64,000 nucleotides of DNA from Octopus bimaculoides (lineage: Eukaryota). Where the stretch lies: positions 20,803,097 to 20,867,096 of the forward strand of contig NC_068988.1 in NCBI RefSeq assembly GCF_001194135.2, written 5' to 3'. The translations under genes and the position numbers were made by a program. Below are positions 1-11,732 of this stretch, piece after piece; positions within the stretch are counted from its first letter, which is position 1, and every line of letters begins with the position of its first letter. Below the pieces are notes generated by a model, which saw only the letters and a list, made by a program, of their open reading frames with translations, did not search any database and was not told the origin of the DNA.

Positions 1-188
1 AGGAAGAAAAAGTGAGAGAAAGTTGGGGGCGAAAGAGTACAACAGGGGTCGCCACCACCTCTTGCCGGAGCCTCGTGGAGCTTTATGTGTTTATGCTCAA
101 TAAACACACACAATGCCCGGTCTGGGAATCGAAACCGCGATTCTCCGACCACGAGTCCGCTGCCCTAACCACTGGGCAATTGCACCTT
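1..188 (-). mobile_element. Family B tRNA-derived SINE, 5' half (cut by window edge)
   Basis: Reverse complement begins AGGTGCAATTGCCCAGTGGTTAGGGCAGCGGACTC...GGTTTCGATTCCC (A/B-box head); collinear with copies at 7288, 16426 and 30475. Confidence 0.85.
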
Positions 189-450
189 CACATCATTATT
201 ATTATTATTATTATTATTCAGTCTCCAATTCTATGATACCAGTCAGATAGATGCTTATTATAATTATCAACAATTTCTTACTTGGACCCAAGGCTACAAA
301 ACTTCACGGAAGATGTAAAATGATCAATGAAATTGGCCTTGTGCATGGCTGGTAATTATTAGAAGTCTCACCCACCAAGTAAAAATGTCAACCATTGAAC
401 AAAATGTTTAAGAGCATGATTAAAAATCCTACAAATAATAAAAATAATAA

Positions 451-830
451 TCCTTTCTACTATGGGCACAAGGCCTGAAATTTTAGGAAAGAAGGATAGT
501 TGATTACATCAACCCCAATGCTTAATTGGTATGTTTTCCATTGACCTTGAAAGGATGAAAGGCAAAATCAGCCTCAGCAGTGTTTGAGCTCAGACAGTGG
601 AGACAGATGAAATGTTGCCAAGCATTTTATCTGGCGCAATAACAATTCTGCCAGCTAATCTCAACAATAATAATAATGCATCTGACCACAAATTTGTAGG
701 GAGGGGTTGGTTGATAAAAACCATGATTAGTACCTTTATTCTACTGACCCTGGATGGATGAATAGCAAAGTTGACCTTGATTGGATTTGAACTCAGAACC
801 CAAAAGATCAATAAAAATACTACCTAACGA
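451..830 (-). mobile_element. Two adjacent family G SINEs (D-type head/core, ...ggccttgtgcctatagtagaaagga(tta)n tail)
   Basis: Both contain gaaaggatgaaaggcaaa / ggatgaatagcaaagttgacc core; homologous to 31952-32850 and 62950-63165. Confidence 0.7.
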
Positions 831-980
831 TGATGATGATGAGGCAACTAAGAAACAGAAATGTTAGTGCGTCGAACTAAATACCTTTCTACACCTTGTG
901 TGTTCCTCTACATTCTAAGTGTATGTAACATCTTGGCCAATTTTTGACCTTTTGTCTTCTAGAGTCAACAAAATAAGTAC

Positions 981-1380
981 GGCTGTGTGGTAAGTAGCTT
1001 GCTTACCAACCACATGGTTCCGGGTTCAGTCCCACTGCGTGGCACCTTGGGCAAGTGTCTTCTACTATAGCCTCGGTCGGGCCGACCAAAGCCTTGTGAG
1101 TGGATTTGGTAGACGGAAACTGAAAGAAGCCCGTCGTATATATGTATATGTATATGTATGAGTGTGTTTGTGTGTCTGTGTTTGTCTCCCCAACATCGCT
1201 TGATAATCGATGCTGGTGTGTTTACATCCCCGTAACTTAGCGGTTTGGCAAAAGAGACTGATAGAATAAGTACTAGGTTTACAAAGAATAAGTTCTGGGG
1301 TTGATTTGCTCGACTAAAGGCGGTGCTCCAGCATGGCCGCAGTCAAATGACTGAAACAAATAAAAGAGTAAAAGAGTAAA
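981..1380 (+). mobile_element. Family A tRNA/CORE-type SINE, full length
   Basis: Head GGCTGTGTGGTAAG...GGTTCAGTCCC (A/B boxes), CORE-like gcaccttgggcaagtgtctt, internal (TA)/(TG) microsatellite, tail ...aaagagtaaaagagtaaa. Confidence 0.92.
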
Positions 1381-1544
1381 CCCATATTATAATGACAGAT
1401 TAAATCAACTAGAATTCTCCACTTCAATTTTGTAGCACTGTGTCAAAGTCAGCTATCATTATTAGTATCAGAGGAGCATTTCTCAACAGCTTTTCTCCAT
1501 TATGGTTATGTAGTTATAACCCTTAAAGTATTGTTATGTTCAAA

Positions 1545-1725
1545 TTCTGCTGGAGTCTCATCTTGGCCTTCAACACTACCGAGGTCAACTTGGCCTTTCA
1601 TCCAACTGGGGTTAATAAAATAAATACCAAGAAGATACTGGAGGTGATTTAACTAACCACACCCCTCCCTCCAAAAATATGTGACCTTGTGCCGATGTAA
1701 GAAATTACCATTATTATTATTATTC
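1545..1725 (+). mobile_element. Family G SINE, diverged
   Basis: gttcaaattctgc...gaggtcaacttggcctttcatcc...ggggttaataaaataaatacc...ccttgtgcc followed by (ATT)n. Confidence 0.65.
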
Positions 1726-2030
1726 ATTCTCTTAGAAACCTTATCCAGCAGATTAATTTTAACTGGAATGAACCAATAAATTATGGATAAATTCACACAC
1801 TTTAATTAAAAGCTATTCAGCAGTAATCACGTTCATTATTCCCTAAACTGATAAAACCAAAAATTAATAAATAATAATTAACAATAGATAACAATATCAA
1901 AGTAAGGATATTGTTGCATGCTCTAACTAGAAGAATTTTGGTTCTTTGAAACACAGCAGTTTCGATTAGTAAAAATTTAAATAAATAAATAAACCATATT
2001 CAAATCAACAATATTTTGAAAAGAAGCAAA

Positions 2031-2358
2031 GGCCCGTGGCTTAGTGGTTAGGGGTATTCAACTCATGATCTTAAGGTCATGAGTTTGATTCCTGGCGGTG
2101 CATTGAGTTCTTCAGCAAGACACTTTATTTTACATTGCTCCAGTCTACTCAGCTGGCAAAAAAAGGACTGAATAGTAGTTGCAATTAAAAGGAACAGCCT
2201 TCTCACATTCTGCTTCACACTGAATCTCCCTGAGACCTATGTTGAGGGTACACAAGGCTGTGGAGTGCTCAGCCACTTGCACATTAATTTCACGAACAGT
2301 CTGTTCCAATGACTGGAACAACTGGAACCCTCATAATCACAACTGACGGAGTGCCAGT
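2031..2358 (+). mobile_element. Family B' SINE: different head/core but family B 3' tail
   Basis: Head ggcccgtggcttagtggttaggg...gagtttgattcctgg; core cagcaagacactttattttacattgctcc; tail gtggagtgctcagccacttgcacattaatttcacg...actggaaccctc...gacggagtgcca matches the family B tail. Confidence 0.8.
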
Positions 2359-2992
2359 TTTTATTTTGAAAGTATGGTGGGTGGTGGNNNNNNNNNNNNN
2401 NNNNNNNNNNNNNNNNNNNNNNNNNNNNNNNNNNNNNNNNNNNNNNNNNNNNNNNNNNNNNNNNNNNNNNNNNNNNNNNNNNNNNNNNNNNNNNNNNNNN
2501 NNNNNNNNNNNNNNNNNNNNNNNNNNNNNNNNNNNNNNNNNNNNNNNNNNNNNNNNNNNNNNNNNNNNNNNNNNNNNNNNNNNNNNNNNNNNNNNNNNNN
2601 NNNNNNNNNNNNNNNNNNNNNNNNNNNNNNNNNNNNNNNNNNNNNNNNNNNNNNNNNNNNNNNNNNNNNNNNNNNNNNNNNNNNNNNNNNNNNNNNNNNN
2701 NNNNNNNNNNNNNNNNNNNNNNNNNNNNNNNNNNNNNNNNNNNNNNNNNNNNNNNNNNNNNNNNNNNNNNNNNNNNNNNNNNNNNNNNNNNNNNNNNNNN
2801 NNNNNNNNNNNNNNNNNNNNNNNNNNNNNNNNNNNNNNNNNNNNNNNNNNNNNNNNNNNNNNNNNNNNNNNNNNNNNNNNNNNNNNNNNNNNNNNNNNNN
2901 NNNNNNNNNNNNNNNNNNNNNNNNNNNNNNNNNNNNNNNNNNNNNNNNNNNNNNNNNNNNNNNNNNNNNNNNNNNNNNNNNNNNNNNNNNNN

Positions 2993-3062
<70 letters not shown>

Positions 3063-4146
3063 TCAACTACATTTCTTATTCCTCCCCTCTATTCCTCACA
3101 CACTCCACTTACACCACCTCACTTTACTTCTTTAGTTTCTGAAATTCTTGTACAGAAGAAGAAGATGAAGAAGAAAGAGCACTCATTACCTTTGCAGACC
3201 TTCCTAAACTAGTGTGGATGGTTGTACCAAAAGCCCAGCTCACACACTCATACATACACACAATTTTAAAAATATGATAAAAATAATTTTCATTTAGAAA
3301 GAAAAATAGCTTCTATGAAATTTAGAAAATTGCTGACATGTTACAAGAAAAATCAATAATAGCAACTGAAGATTTCATGGGGGTAAATTTACAAGTCTAT
3401 ATTTAACCAAGTTCTCAGGTGAACCCCTTCCAGTTATCAATTCCACCAACTGGTGCAAAATAAATTTCAATAACAGCATTGATGAAAATCATTTTTTAGC
3501 ATAAATAAAATCTAAGATGAAAGAATTTTATTGTAAAGCTTCAATCAATTACGATTTATAATTAAAAGCAAAATATCTAACAAAATTTGAAAAATTAGAT
3601 TTTTGATACTAATACGATACTGTGTGGAAACTAAGACCTGTGTTTTAGGGTTTCACAGATTTTGTTGTAAAGCTTCAATTAGTTATGAATTATAATTAAA
3701 AAAAAGTTTTTAAATAAAATTTTCAAAAGTTTGATTTTTATGCTTCTAAAATATTGCACAAAAACTAAAAGCTCAAACACTCATGTCTTAGGGTTTCACA
3801 CACGGTTCCTAATTGTTCTATATATGTATATATCAGAATGTGCAGTATTGACCAACTTTTATTAATTTACTCCAAACTGAACAATGAATGAGCTAGTGTA
3901 CTTTAAATAAAACCCCTTTATCTAACCCCTTTCCATTGTATTTTCAAGTATCTTCTCTCATCTTTAGTGGAAAGGGAAGTCATGAGACAACCGGTTAAGT
4001 ATGCAAAACCATAGAACACAGAAAGATAAAACAAAATGCTTTACTATATATAACTAATCTGACAAACTGATCATTCTGATTTCAAAGCCAACAAGAATCA
4101 ATTTTGCCCTTCATTTTCCCAGAGTCAATAAAATAAGTACTGGTAA

Positions 4147-4538
4147 TAGGCACGGGTGTGGCTGTGTGGAAGTAGCTTGCTTACCAACCACATGGTTCTG
4201 GGTTCAGTCCCACTGTGTGGCACCTTGGGCAAGTGTCTTCTACTATAGCCTCAGGCCGACCAAAGCCTTGCGAGTGGATTTGGCAGACGGAAACTGAAAG
4301 AAGCCCATCGTATATATGTATATATATATATGTATGTGTGTGTATATGTTTGTCTCCCCAACATCGCTTAACAACCGATGCTGGTGTGTTTACGACCCCG
4401 TAACTTAGCGGTTCGGCAAAAGAGACCAATAGAATAAGTACTGGGCTTCCAAAGAATAAGTCTTGGGGTCGATTTACTCGACTAAAGGCGGTTCTCCAGC
4501 ATGGCCGCAGTCAAATGACTGAAACAAGTAAAAGAGTA
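4147..4538 (+). mobile_element. Family A SINE, full length
   Basis: Collinear with 981-1380. Confidence 0.92.
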
Positions 4539-4624
4539 ATCTGTCACAATAAATTCAATGAATTATGCACCTACCCCAAAATAATATTAACCCAATAATA
4601 GAAAACAATTTTCACTGTCCACAA

Positions 4625-4806
4625 GCAAATGAAAAGAGCCATTTATATTGCTACTTGACCTGGTAGAAATAGCAAACAAATCTGATTTTCCAATGTGGTC
4701 ATACATTGGTCATTAACTGAGAGAAAAAAGAATTGGATGATAACAGTTGAAATGCTTTTAATCATAGGTTATATGGATCAGGGATGATCTGAGATAAACA
4801 ACAACA
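4625..4806 (+). mobile_element. Family E retroposon 3' fragment ending in (AAC)n
   Basis: tagaaatagca...aaat...atgcttttaatcatagg...ctgagataaacaacaac recurs at about 11600-11950, 18815-19022, 20292-20470, 33020-33225(-), 40645-40832(-), 40940-41150, 42185-42370(-), 52290-52430(-), 55750-55900(-). Confidence 0.6.
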
Positions 4807-5185
4807 AATCATCATCATCATTATCATCGTTTAATGTCCACTTTCCATGCTAGCATGGGTTGGACAATTTGACTGAGGGCTGGTGAACCAGATGGCTACA
4901 CCAGGCTCCAATCTGATTTGACAGAGTTTCTACAGCTGGATGCTCTTCCTAACGCCAACCACTCCGAGAGTGTAGTGGGTGATTTTACATGCCACCGGCA
5001 CAAAGGCCAGTCAGACGGTACTGGCAACGGCCACACTCAAAATGGTATATTTTACGTGTCACCCGCACAGGAGCCAGTCAAGGGACGGCACTGGCAACGA
5101 TCTCGCTCGAATGTCTTTACACGTACCACCGGCACAAGTGCCAGGAAGGCGATGCTGGGCACAGGTGCCATCACGGTTTCGCTTT
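4807..5185 (-). mobile_element. Family C: RTE-LINE 3' tail with three ~67-nt hairpin modules
   Basis: Reverse complement ends GGTTGGCGTTAGGAAGAGCATCCAGCTGTAGAAAC...CCAACCCATGCTAGCATGGAAAGTGGACATTAAACGATGAT; gccag module starts at 5006, 5073 and 5140. Confidence 0.88.
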
Positions 5186-5300
5186 CAAAGCCAACAAATA
5201 TTAATCCAAAGACTAGTGGAAAGTAATCAACGTACACATATTTGTGAAATTTTGAGAGCAATATTAGATACAGAATGCCAATATAACCATAACAATATGT

Positions 5301-5648
5301 AACAGAGCACTCAGAGAGCACAAACCTCTGTCAAGGCAACACCAATGATTAGCCAAAGGTGATTTTTAAAATGAGAATAAACTCAACTGCTTTCACAAAC
5401 GAGAATACTAAAAATGAACCCGACTGGTCTCAAAAATTAAGTAAGAAAACAGGAAAGATAATCCAGAATCCTTGTCTGGTACCGGATTGATCCGAAAATC
5501 TAATCAGTTTGTGCCAGTCACAAAGCCAAACATCCTTGATAGTTTCATCTGAATCCATCTAGCGGTTCTTGAGATAGCTTGTCCACAGACAAACAAACAA
5601 ACACAACTGAAAACAATACCTCTGCCTTCGCTAGGGCAGAGGTAATAA
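5301..5648 (-). mobile_element. DINE-1/HINE-like non-autonomous Helentron element
   Basis: Terminal hairpin acctctgcc(5618-5626)/ggcagaggt(5635-5643), subterminal repeat acctctgtcaaggc at 5324, (AAAC)n microsatellite, end agagcactcagagagc; architecture of known HINE/DINE-1 elements. Confidence 0.7.
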
Positions 5649-6054
5649 AGACTAATATCACGACAATGTCATAAGGCATTACTCTGGGTCCTAAATGCAA
5701 AGTTGGGCCTATGTTACATGCATTAATACACTAAAAAATTTCTTTTTCATGAATATGTGCTGTTGAAATCTAGGCGCATCAATATATGCCCATGCATCTT
5801 TTATGCCATCAAATATGGTGTGTGTGTGTGTGAGAGAGAGAGAGAGGGGGGGGAAAGCNNNNNNNNNNGGGGGGAACAATATGTTATAACAAATGCTGAT
5901 ATAAAGGGTCTATGAGTAATCTTCAGAAAGAATACTAGTGTGAATGTTTCGGTCAACAGTTAGTTTTGACCACAGTAGAGGACCCCCTTCTAAATGATTT
6001 AGCCTATCCCTGGTGATAATAGTATTTACAAAACCAAATGCTGTTGCAACTTAC

Positions 6055-6089
6055 TTCCAAAAGACTTATAGGGTTTTTTGCATGAAGGC
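6055..6089 (-). CDS. Candidate 35-nt internal exon (G)LHAKNPISLLE
   Basis: Pyrimidine tract and cctaat before caaag|, donor gaa|gtaagt; open frame; no transcript evidence. Confidence 0.2.
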
Positions 6090-6172
6090 CTTTGAATTTC
6101 AAGATTAGGAAATGAGAGAGTAGTAAAAATGGATGAACGGTGAGGTGACTTAAATAAACATCCGGTTTAAAT

Positions 6173-6176
<4 letters not shown>

Positions 6177-6228
<52 letters not shown>
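6177..6228 (+). repeat. (AG)n microsatellite
   Basis: Direct inspection. Confidence 0.95.
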
Positions 6229-6231
<3 letters not shown>

Positions 6232-7287
6232 AACAGACAGGCCTAGGGAGAGGAAGTTCTTGTTGGTTTGCATTTGTTTAGAGGCACATAGAAAACAGGT
6301 TAAGAAACAAATCACACACACACAGACAAATGTCTCTAAGAAAGTGATTTCAACCACAAACAAATGTACATTTATAGGTCATTTCAAGTATTTTGGTTGA
6401 ATATCCAATTGTTGAAAGAATAAAGATCTAAATCACACACACATGCACACATACATACATATGATATTCATGGATAGCTAGTCTAACCTATTTTCATAAC
6501 TTCAACCTATTCATAAGAAACCCAGACAGCTTAGTGAAGCAGAAACCAAAGTTTAACTCCTACAATTTGAGCTGGTTACACGATTTTCAACAAACATTTT
6601 TCATTGAAATTTTTACATGTAAGGTCTTGGGACCAAAGGGTCACAACCCCTAATTTAATAAGTGTACCACCTATAACTAGTCATCTTTATGAGGAGCTTC
6701 TTGTATGATTTTTGTGCTGTAACAGTGTGTTTTAAGAGACCATACTCTTCCTTACATTAAAGATCTACCAGATGTCACTTTTAACTAAACAAGACACATA
6801 ATAGGTGTGGGTGTGACTGAATGGTAAGGTGTCTGCTCTCTGATTACGTGCTTTCAGGTATAGTTCCAATCCAGAGCAACTTGCACAGGTGTTTTTTACC
6901 ATAACCCTGAGCCGCTCAAAGTCTTGTAAGTGGATTTGATAGAGGGAAACTGTAAGAAGCCCATCATATGCAATTGCATGCACGTATTATTGTTTCTTTG
7001 CCTTAATATTGCATGATAGTTGTAAATAAATGATGCCATCTTGCAAGCGACATCCTGTAAACAGTTATTATAACATATTTCCTCGTGTACTAAAGCCTTT
7101 TCAGCTAGCAACACATTTCAACAAACCTATTTTCACTTATGTACCTACACAGATTTCACCTTAACTACACTAAAATACAATCTCAAAGCAATCAGCCAAC
7201 TATATTGACACATTTCCTGAAGCAACCCTCCAACCACTTTGAAACAATTTCCCAGAACACTCAACTGCTGAAATACTTTCCTAAAGT

Positions 7288-7677
7288 TGTTGTTGTTGGC
7301 ACTTCGTCGCTTATGACGTCGAGGGTTCCAGTTGATCCGATCAACGGAACAGCCTGCTCATGAAATTAACGTGCAAGTGGCTGAGCACTCCATAGACACG
7401 TGCACCCTTAATGTAGTTCTCGGGGATATTCAGCGTGACACAGTGTGACAAGGCTGACCCTTTGAATTACAGGGCACAACAGAAACAGGAAGTGAGAGTG
7501 AGAAAAAGTTGTGATGGAAGAGTACAGTAGGGTTCACCACCATCCCCTGCCGGAGTCTCATGGAACTTGTAGGTGTTTTCGCTCAATAAACACTCACAAC
7601 ACCCGGTCTGGGAATCAAAACAGCAATCACATGACCGCGAGTCCGCTGCCCTAACCACTGGGCCATTGCGCCTCCAC
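7288..7677 (-). mobile_element. Family B SINE, full length, 14-bp TSD
   Basis: tRNA head at right end, (CAA)n tail at left; TSD tactttcctaaagt at 7274-7287 and 7678-7691. Confidence 0.93.
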
Positions 7678-9164
7678 TACTTTCCTAAAGTAACCCTTCA
7701 AATAACTGAAACATTTACCTTGAATATCTTTCAACTACAACAATACAATGAATATACTCCAACTAGACAAGTGGTTCTCAACTATTTTTCGCCTACGAAC
7801 CCTTTGATTCCTATTTCACACTTCTGAACTGCCACAATCATTCATGTATATAAAAAAAAAAATCCAATTATATTTTTATAATTAAATATTATTAGGAATT
7901 GTATCAAAAAGTCGTCAAAAATGTTTTGTATATTGAAGATATATAACCAATTTATTGCATATAAATTTTAACTACAAAATCTTATATGGAGCCCAATGGA
8001 CCATATGGACCCTGATTGAGAACCATTGAATTAGAGTGAAACATAGGACTCAAAGAGGCACAAAATTCAAGAAGCCAGTAATTCCAAGAACCATGGTTCT
8101 TATATTGTTGACAGTAAGAACTAATTGGTCCTTTACATGCAAGAAGCTAGCCTAGAGAGCCAGTAACAAGCTTCAAAACACCTGGCAATGAAGTATTTCA
8201 AAGTCAACAAAGCTCACCTTCTTTAGGTCATGTGTAGAGAGCCCCTTTTCCTGTGGCGCTGGAACCTAGACTATGAAGAAGGAGCATCAAAATCACTTCA
8301 ATGGTACATACAGGTGGCTTTTCACGAGTGCTCAAAACATCCCATGATGTGAGCACAAGGTCAAAGAAGTGGTTTATGGACACAACCCACCCATCGTTAC
8401 TATTATTGTTCAATTTAGAGTAGACTTTGCTGGCTACTATTATCACATTAAACCACAGACCACATCAGATTTTTGTGCTATGATAGAGTGCAAAGATCAC
8501 ATTAACTAAATCGATGATGCGGCATTGTAAAATGCATCTCGGTGGCAACCACTTGAAGAGAAAATGTGGTCTGTTGTTTAATACATTGCCCAAAACCTTT
8601 TTTTTTAAATGTGTGTCCAATTAGCAGATGACCACTATGTGTGGATCAGTAGATCAGTAAACAAATATTGATTCAAAAATTAAGCAACAACAACAACAAA
8701 AAGAAAAAGATAGAAAAAAAATAATTCAAACAGTCTTTAGAAGTGAAAATTTCAGGAAATTTAATTTAGAGTTATAATCAAATAACAATTTAATCTCGTT
8801 TCTATTTAGACTGAAGATGTATGAGTCAATATAGGAGATGAATTACAACAGTGTAGTCTGAAAAGCTATCAGTTAAACTTTACCAGTGACATTTTGCTCT
8901 GCTCCTTATCTAAAATATATTACTATTTGTCTTAGTCTGTCTACTGTAAAACACTTCCATCTCATTGCTCAATTTTTGTTATGAATAAAGAAATCAACCT
9001 TTTGCAATAACTAAAAGAAAGAAAGAATTTGTGTTATTTAAATCAATGGTAGCAGACAAAAGATATGGCAAATTGTGGAATATAGAAGAAAAAAAAGAAG
9101 CTTTTTTTTGTTTTGTTGTTTTGCTTTCGTTACATTGCTACTGTGTCCACAAATTATAATATGA

Positions 9165-9510
9165 CTTTCTAATTTTGGCACAAAGCCTGCAATTTTGAGG
9201 GGAAGGGTAAGTCAATAACAGTCAACCAGTATTCTCTGGTACCTATTTTATTGACCCCGAAAGCAAAGCCAACCTTGACAGAATTTGAACTCAGAACATT
9301 TTGTTTCTGATGGTCTAACAATTCCACTAGTTCCCTGCCTTACAAATTATAATAACAATGATTTCAGATTGAGGTACAAAACCAGAAATTTTGACGAGAA
9401 AGGATTAGTCAATTCTATCAAACTCCCAATCCCCAGTTTTTGACTGGTACTTTATTTTATTGACTTTGAAAGGATGAAAGGCAATGTAGACCCAAGCAGG
9501 ATTTGAATCC
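9165..9510 (-). mobile_element. Two adjacent diverged family G SINEs
   Basis: ggcacaaagcctgcaatttt...ttgaccccgaaagc...gaatttgaactcagaac, and a second copy with gaaaggatgaaaggcaatgtagacc. Confidence 0.65.
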
Positions 9511-9808
9511 ATGTCGCCTTACTGGCACGTGAAAAAACATTCAAGCGAGGTCATTGCCTGTGCAGGTGGCACGTAAAAAACACCATTTTGAGCATGGCCG
9601 TTGCCAGTATCGCCTGACTGGCCTTTGTGCCGGCGGCACATAAAAGCACCCACTACACTCTCGGAGTGGTTGGCATTAGAAAGGGCATCCAGCTGTAGAA
9701 ACTCTGGCAGATCAGATTGGAGCCTGGTGCAGCCATCTGGTTCGCCAGTCCTCAGTCAACTCGTCCAACCCATGCTAGCATGGAAAGCGGACGTTAAACG
9801 AACGATGA
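9511..9808 (+). mobile_element. Family C RTE 3' tail
   Basis: ggttggcattagaaagggcatccagctgtagaaac...catgctagcatggaaagcggacgttaaacgaacg. Confidence 0.88.
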
Positions 9809-9859
9809 GCATAAAGAGTTGAAACAAATGTTGCAACATACTTTTCCCTGACACTCTAG

Positions 9860-9948
9860 CGATGATGATGATGATGATGAAGATGATGATGACGATGATG
9901 ATGATGAAGATGATGACGATGATGATGATGAGGAGGAGGAGGAGGGGG
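9860..9948 (+). repeat. (GAT)n/(GAG)n compound microsatellite
   Basis: Direct inspection. Confidence 0.9.
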
Positions 9949-10339
9949 GATAACCACATCTATATTATTTAGTGTTGCCTATCTAACTTCCTTATCCCCA
10001 TTGACACAGGAGTCCATGACGAGTGGTTAAAAGACGGAATTTTATCATTTCAAACTGTCTTTTATGAATAAAGGAGCTTTAAGTGATGTTACCTTTGTTC
10101 ACAACAAAGGGTTTCTATTTCTCTATTGCTCTCAGTCTACCCTCCATAAAAAAAAAAAGCAGGCCTGTTTTCTTGTTTTTTATTAGGCTAAGTATGCATA
10201 AGAAGTGCATTGCTGTATGGTAATGTGACATTGAGTGAATACAGGTGATTCAATGAATAAGCATTGGAGAGAGAAATACATTAGTGAAGTTACTATGGAA
10301 GTATAACGCTAACTTGTAGGAACAAGAAAACCTAACATT

Positions 10340-10398
<59 letters not shown>

Positions 10399-10400
10399 AT

Positions 10401-10645
10401 GTGAGCTGGCAGAGGCGGCGAGCTGGCAGAATCGTTAGCACGCCGGGTGAAATGCTTAGCTGTATTTCGTCTGCCGTTACATTCTGAGTTCAAATTCCGC
10501 CGAGGTCGACTTTGCCTAGCATCCTTTCAGGGTCAATAAATTAATTACCAGTTACGCACTGGAGTCGATGTAATCGACTTAATCCCTTTGTCTGTCCTTG
10601 TTTGTCCCCTCTATGTTTAGCCCCTTGTGGGCAATAAAGAAATGA
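10401..10645 (+). mobile_element. Family D SINE, full length
   Basis: ggcggcgagctggcagaatcgttagc...gagttcaaattccgccgaggtcgactttgcc...ggggcaataaagaaat-type tail; matches 54733-54966. Confidence 0.9.
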
Positions 10646-10957
10646 GAGAGAGAGAGAGACACACACACACACACACACAGCACACATCCAAAAGAGAGAA
10701 GTTTGCATCGGTCAAGGTTGTGCAAATTGAATGAGGTGTAGTTTATGGCTGCAGTCACTGAACTGCAGCCATGTTGTGGTATCAGTTTCAAAGGCTTTAG
10801 TTTATTATAATCAGCCCAGTGCTACATTTTAGCACTTAGTTTATCATCCTAGTAAGCTAAAACAGCTAAACAAAACAAGTGTAATGAGATATAATCGGAA
10901 TGTAACCAATTATCACATTACTGTTAAACATACTGATTTTGCCATCACAATAAATAC

Positions 10958-10995
<38 letters not shown>

Positions 10996-11689
10996 TAGGC
11001 TTCCAAACAATCTCCATCCACTAAATCTCACTCACAGGCCTCTTAGTTAGGTTCAAGTTTACAGTAGAATGCATTTAACCACAGCGCCACACAGAGGCAT
11101 CAAACCCATAATCACATGATTGCAAAGCATATTTTTTGAAACTATAACAGCTGTGCCTGTTGATAAAAATAAAAAAGTTCCTTTAATGGTAGTAAGTATG
11201 AAAAGTAGAGCTAGAGTAAAAGCAGACAGGTATAAAGTGGTTAGATCTAAAGATTAAACTTGGCAGATAAGATGACCTAGTAACACGCCACGAAAAACGA
11301 TACTGCATTGCAGGTCTATGAAATTCAAGTCAACAAAACTTTTAATGTAACTGATATATAGGTTTTTGAAAATGCATTATTCTCCCTATAGTATACTAGT
11401 ATGTTCATCTTACAAAACTTGGCTTCATATTTTCCAATTTTAAACACCATTTCATTTATGAATAATTCTGACTTTTTAGACAAGTCAATGAAGGAGCGTC
11501 TACAAGGAAGCCTAACCTATTAAAAACAGCAGTGAAATCTCCCTCAAATACTACCTCATGATATTTAAAAAAAAAAAAAAAAGAAGAAAAAAAGATGCAT
11601 TTTTCAAGCCATCACACCATACATATGTGGTCATTTGACCAGCTAGAAAAATTAGCCAAATCTTCCCCAAATCAAATTTTACTATCTTA

Positions 11690-11732
<43 letters not shown>

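Noticed and set aside
281-350. Exon-like unit with open frames and splice-like ends on both strands
   Set aside because: Ambiguous strand, no recognisable protein, and expected by chance at this length.
981-1050. tRNA-like heads of families A, B and D as tRNA genes
   Set aside because: They have A/B boxes but no complete cloverleaf and are always fused to SINE bodies.
2290-3142. Long ORFs (250-280 aa) here and at 29341-29832, 47040-47901, 51521-52177 and 53011-53637
   Set aside because: They run through N gaps and flanking dinucleotide repeats; not real coding sequence.
3156-3290. Plus-strand exon candidate EEEDEEERALITFADLPKLVWMVVPKAQ...
   Set aside because: The acceptor is good but the frame runs into (CA)-rich sequence. 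An equally plausible minus donor overlaps it, so the strand cannot be assigned.
4980-5185. Hairpin module arrays as CRISPR-like repeats
   Set aside because: Units are contiguous and degenerate with no unique spacers, the context is eukaryotic retroposon, and no cas genes are present.
8225-8600. Possible decayed LINE ORF (GLLFNTLPK resembles the CR1/L2 C-terminal GP.LFN.LP)
   Set aside because: Only one short motif and many stops; insufficient to call.
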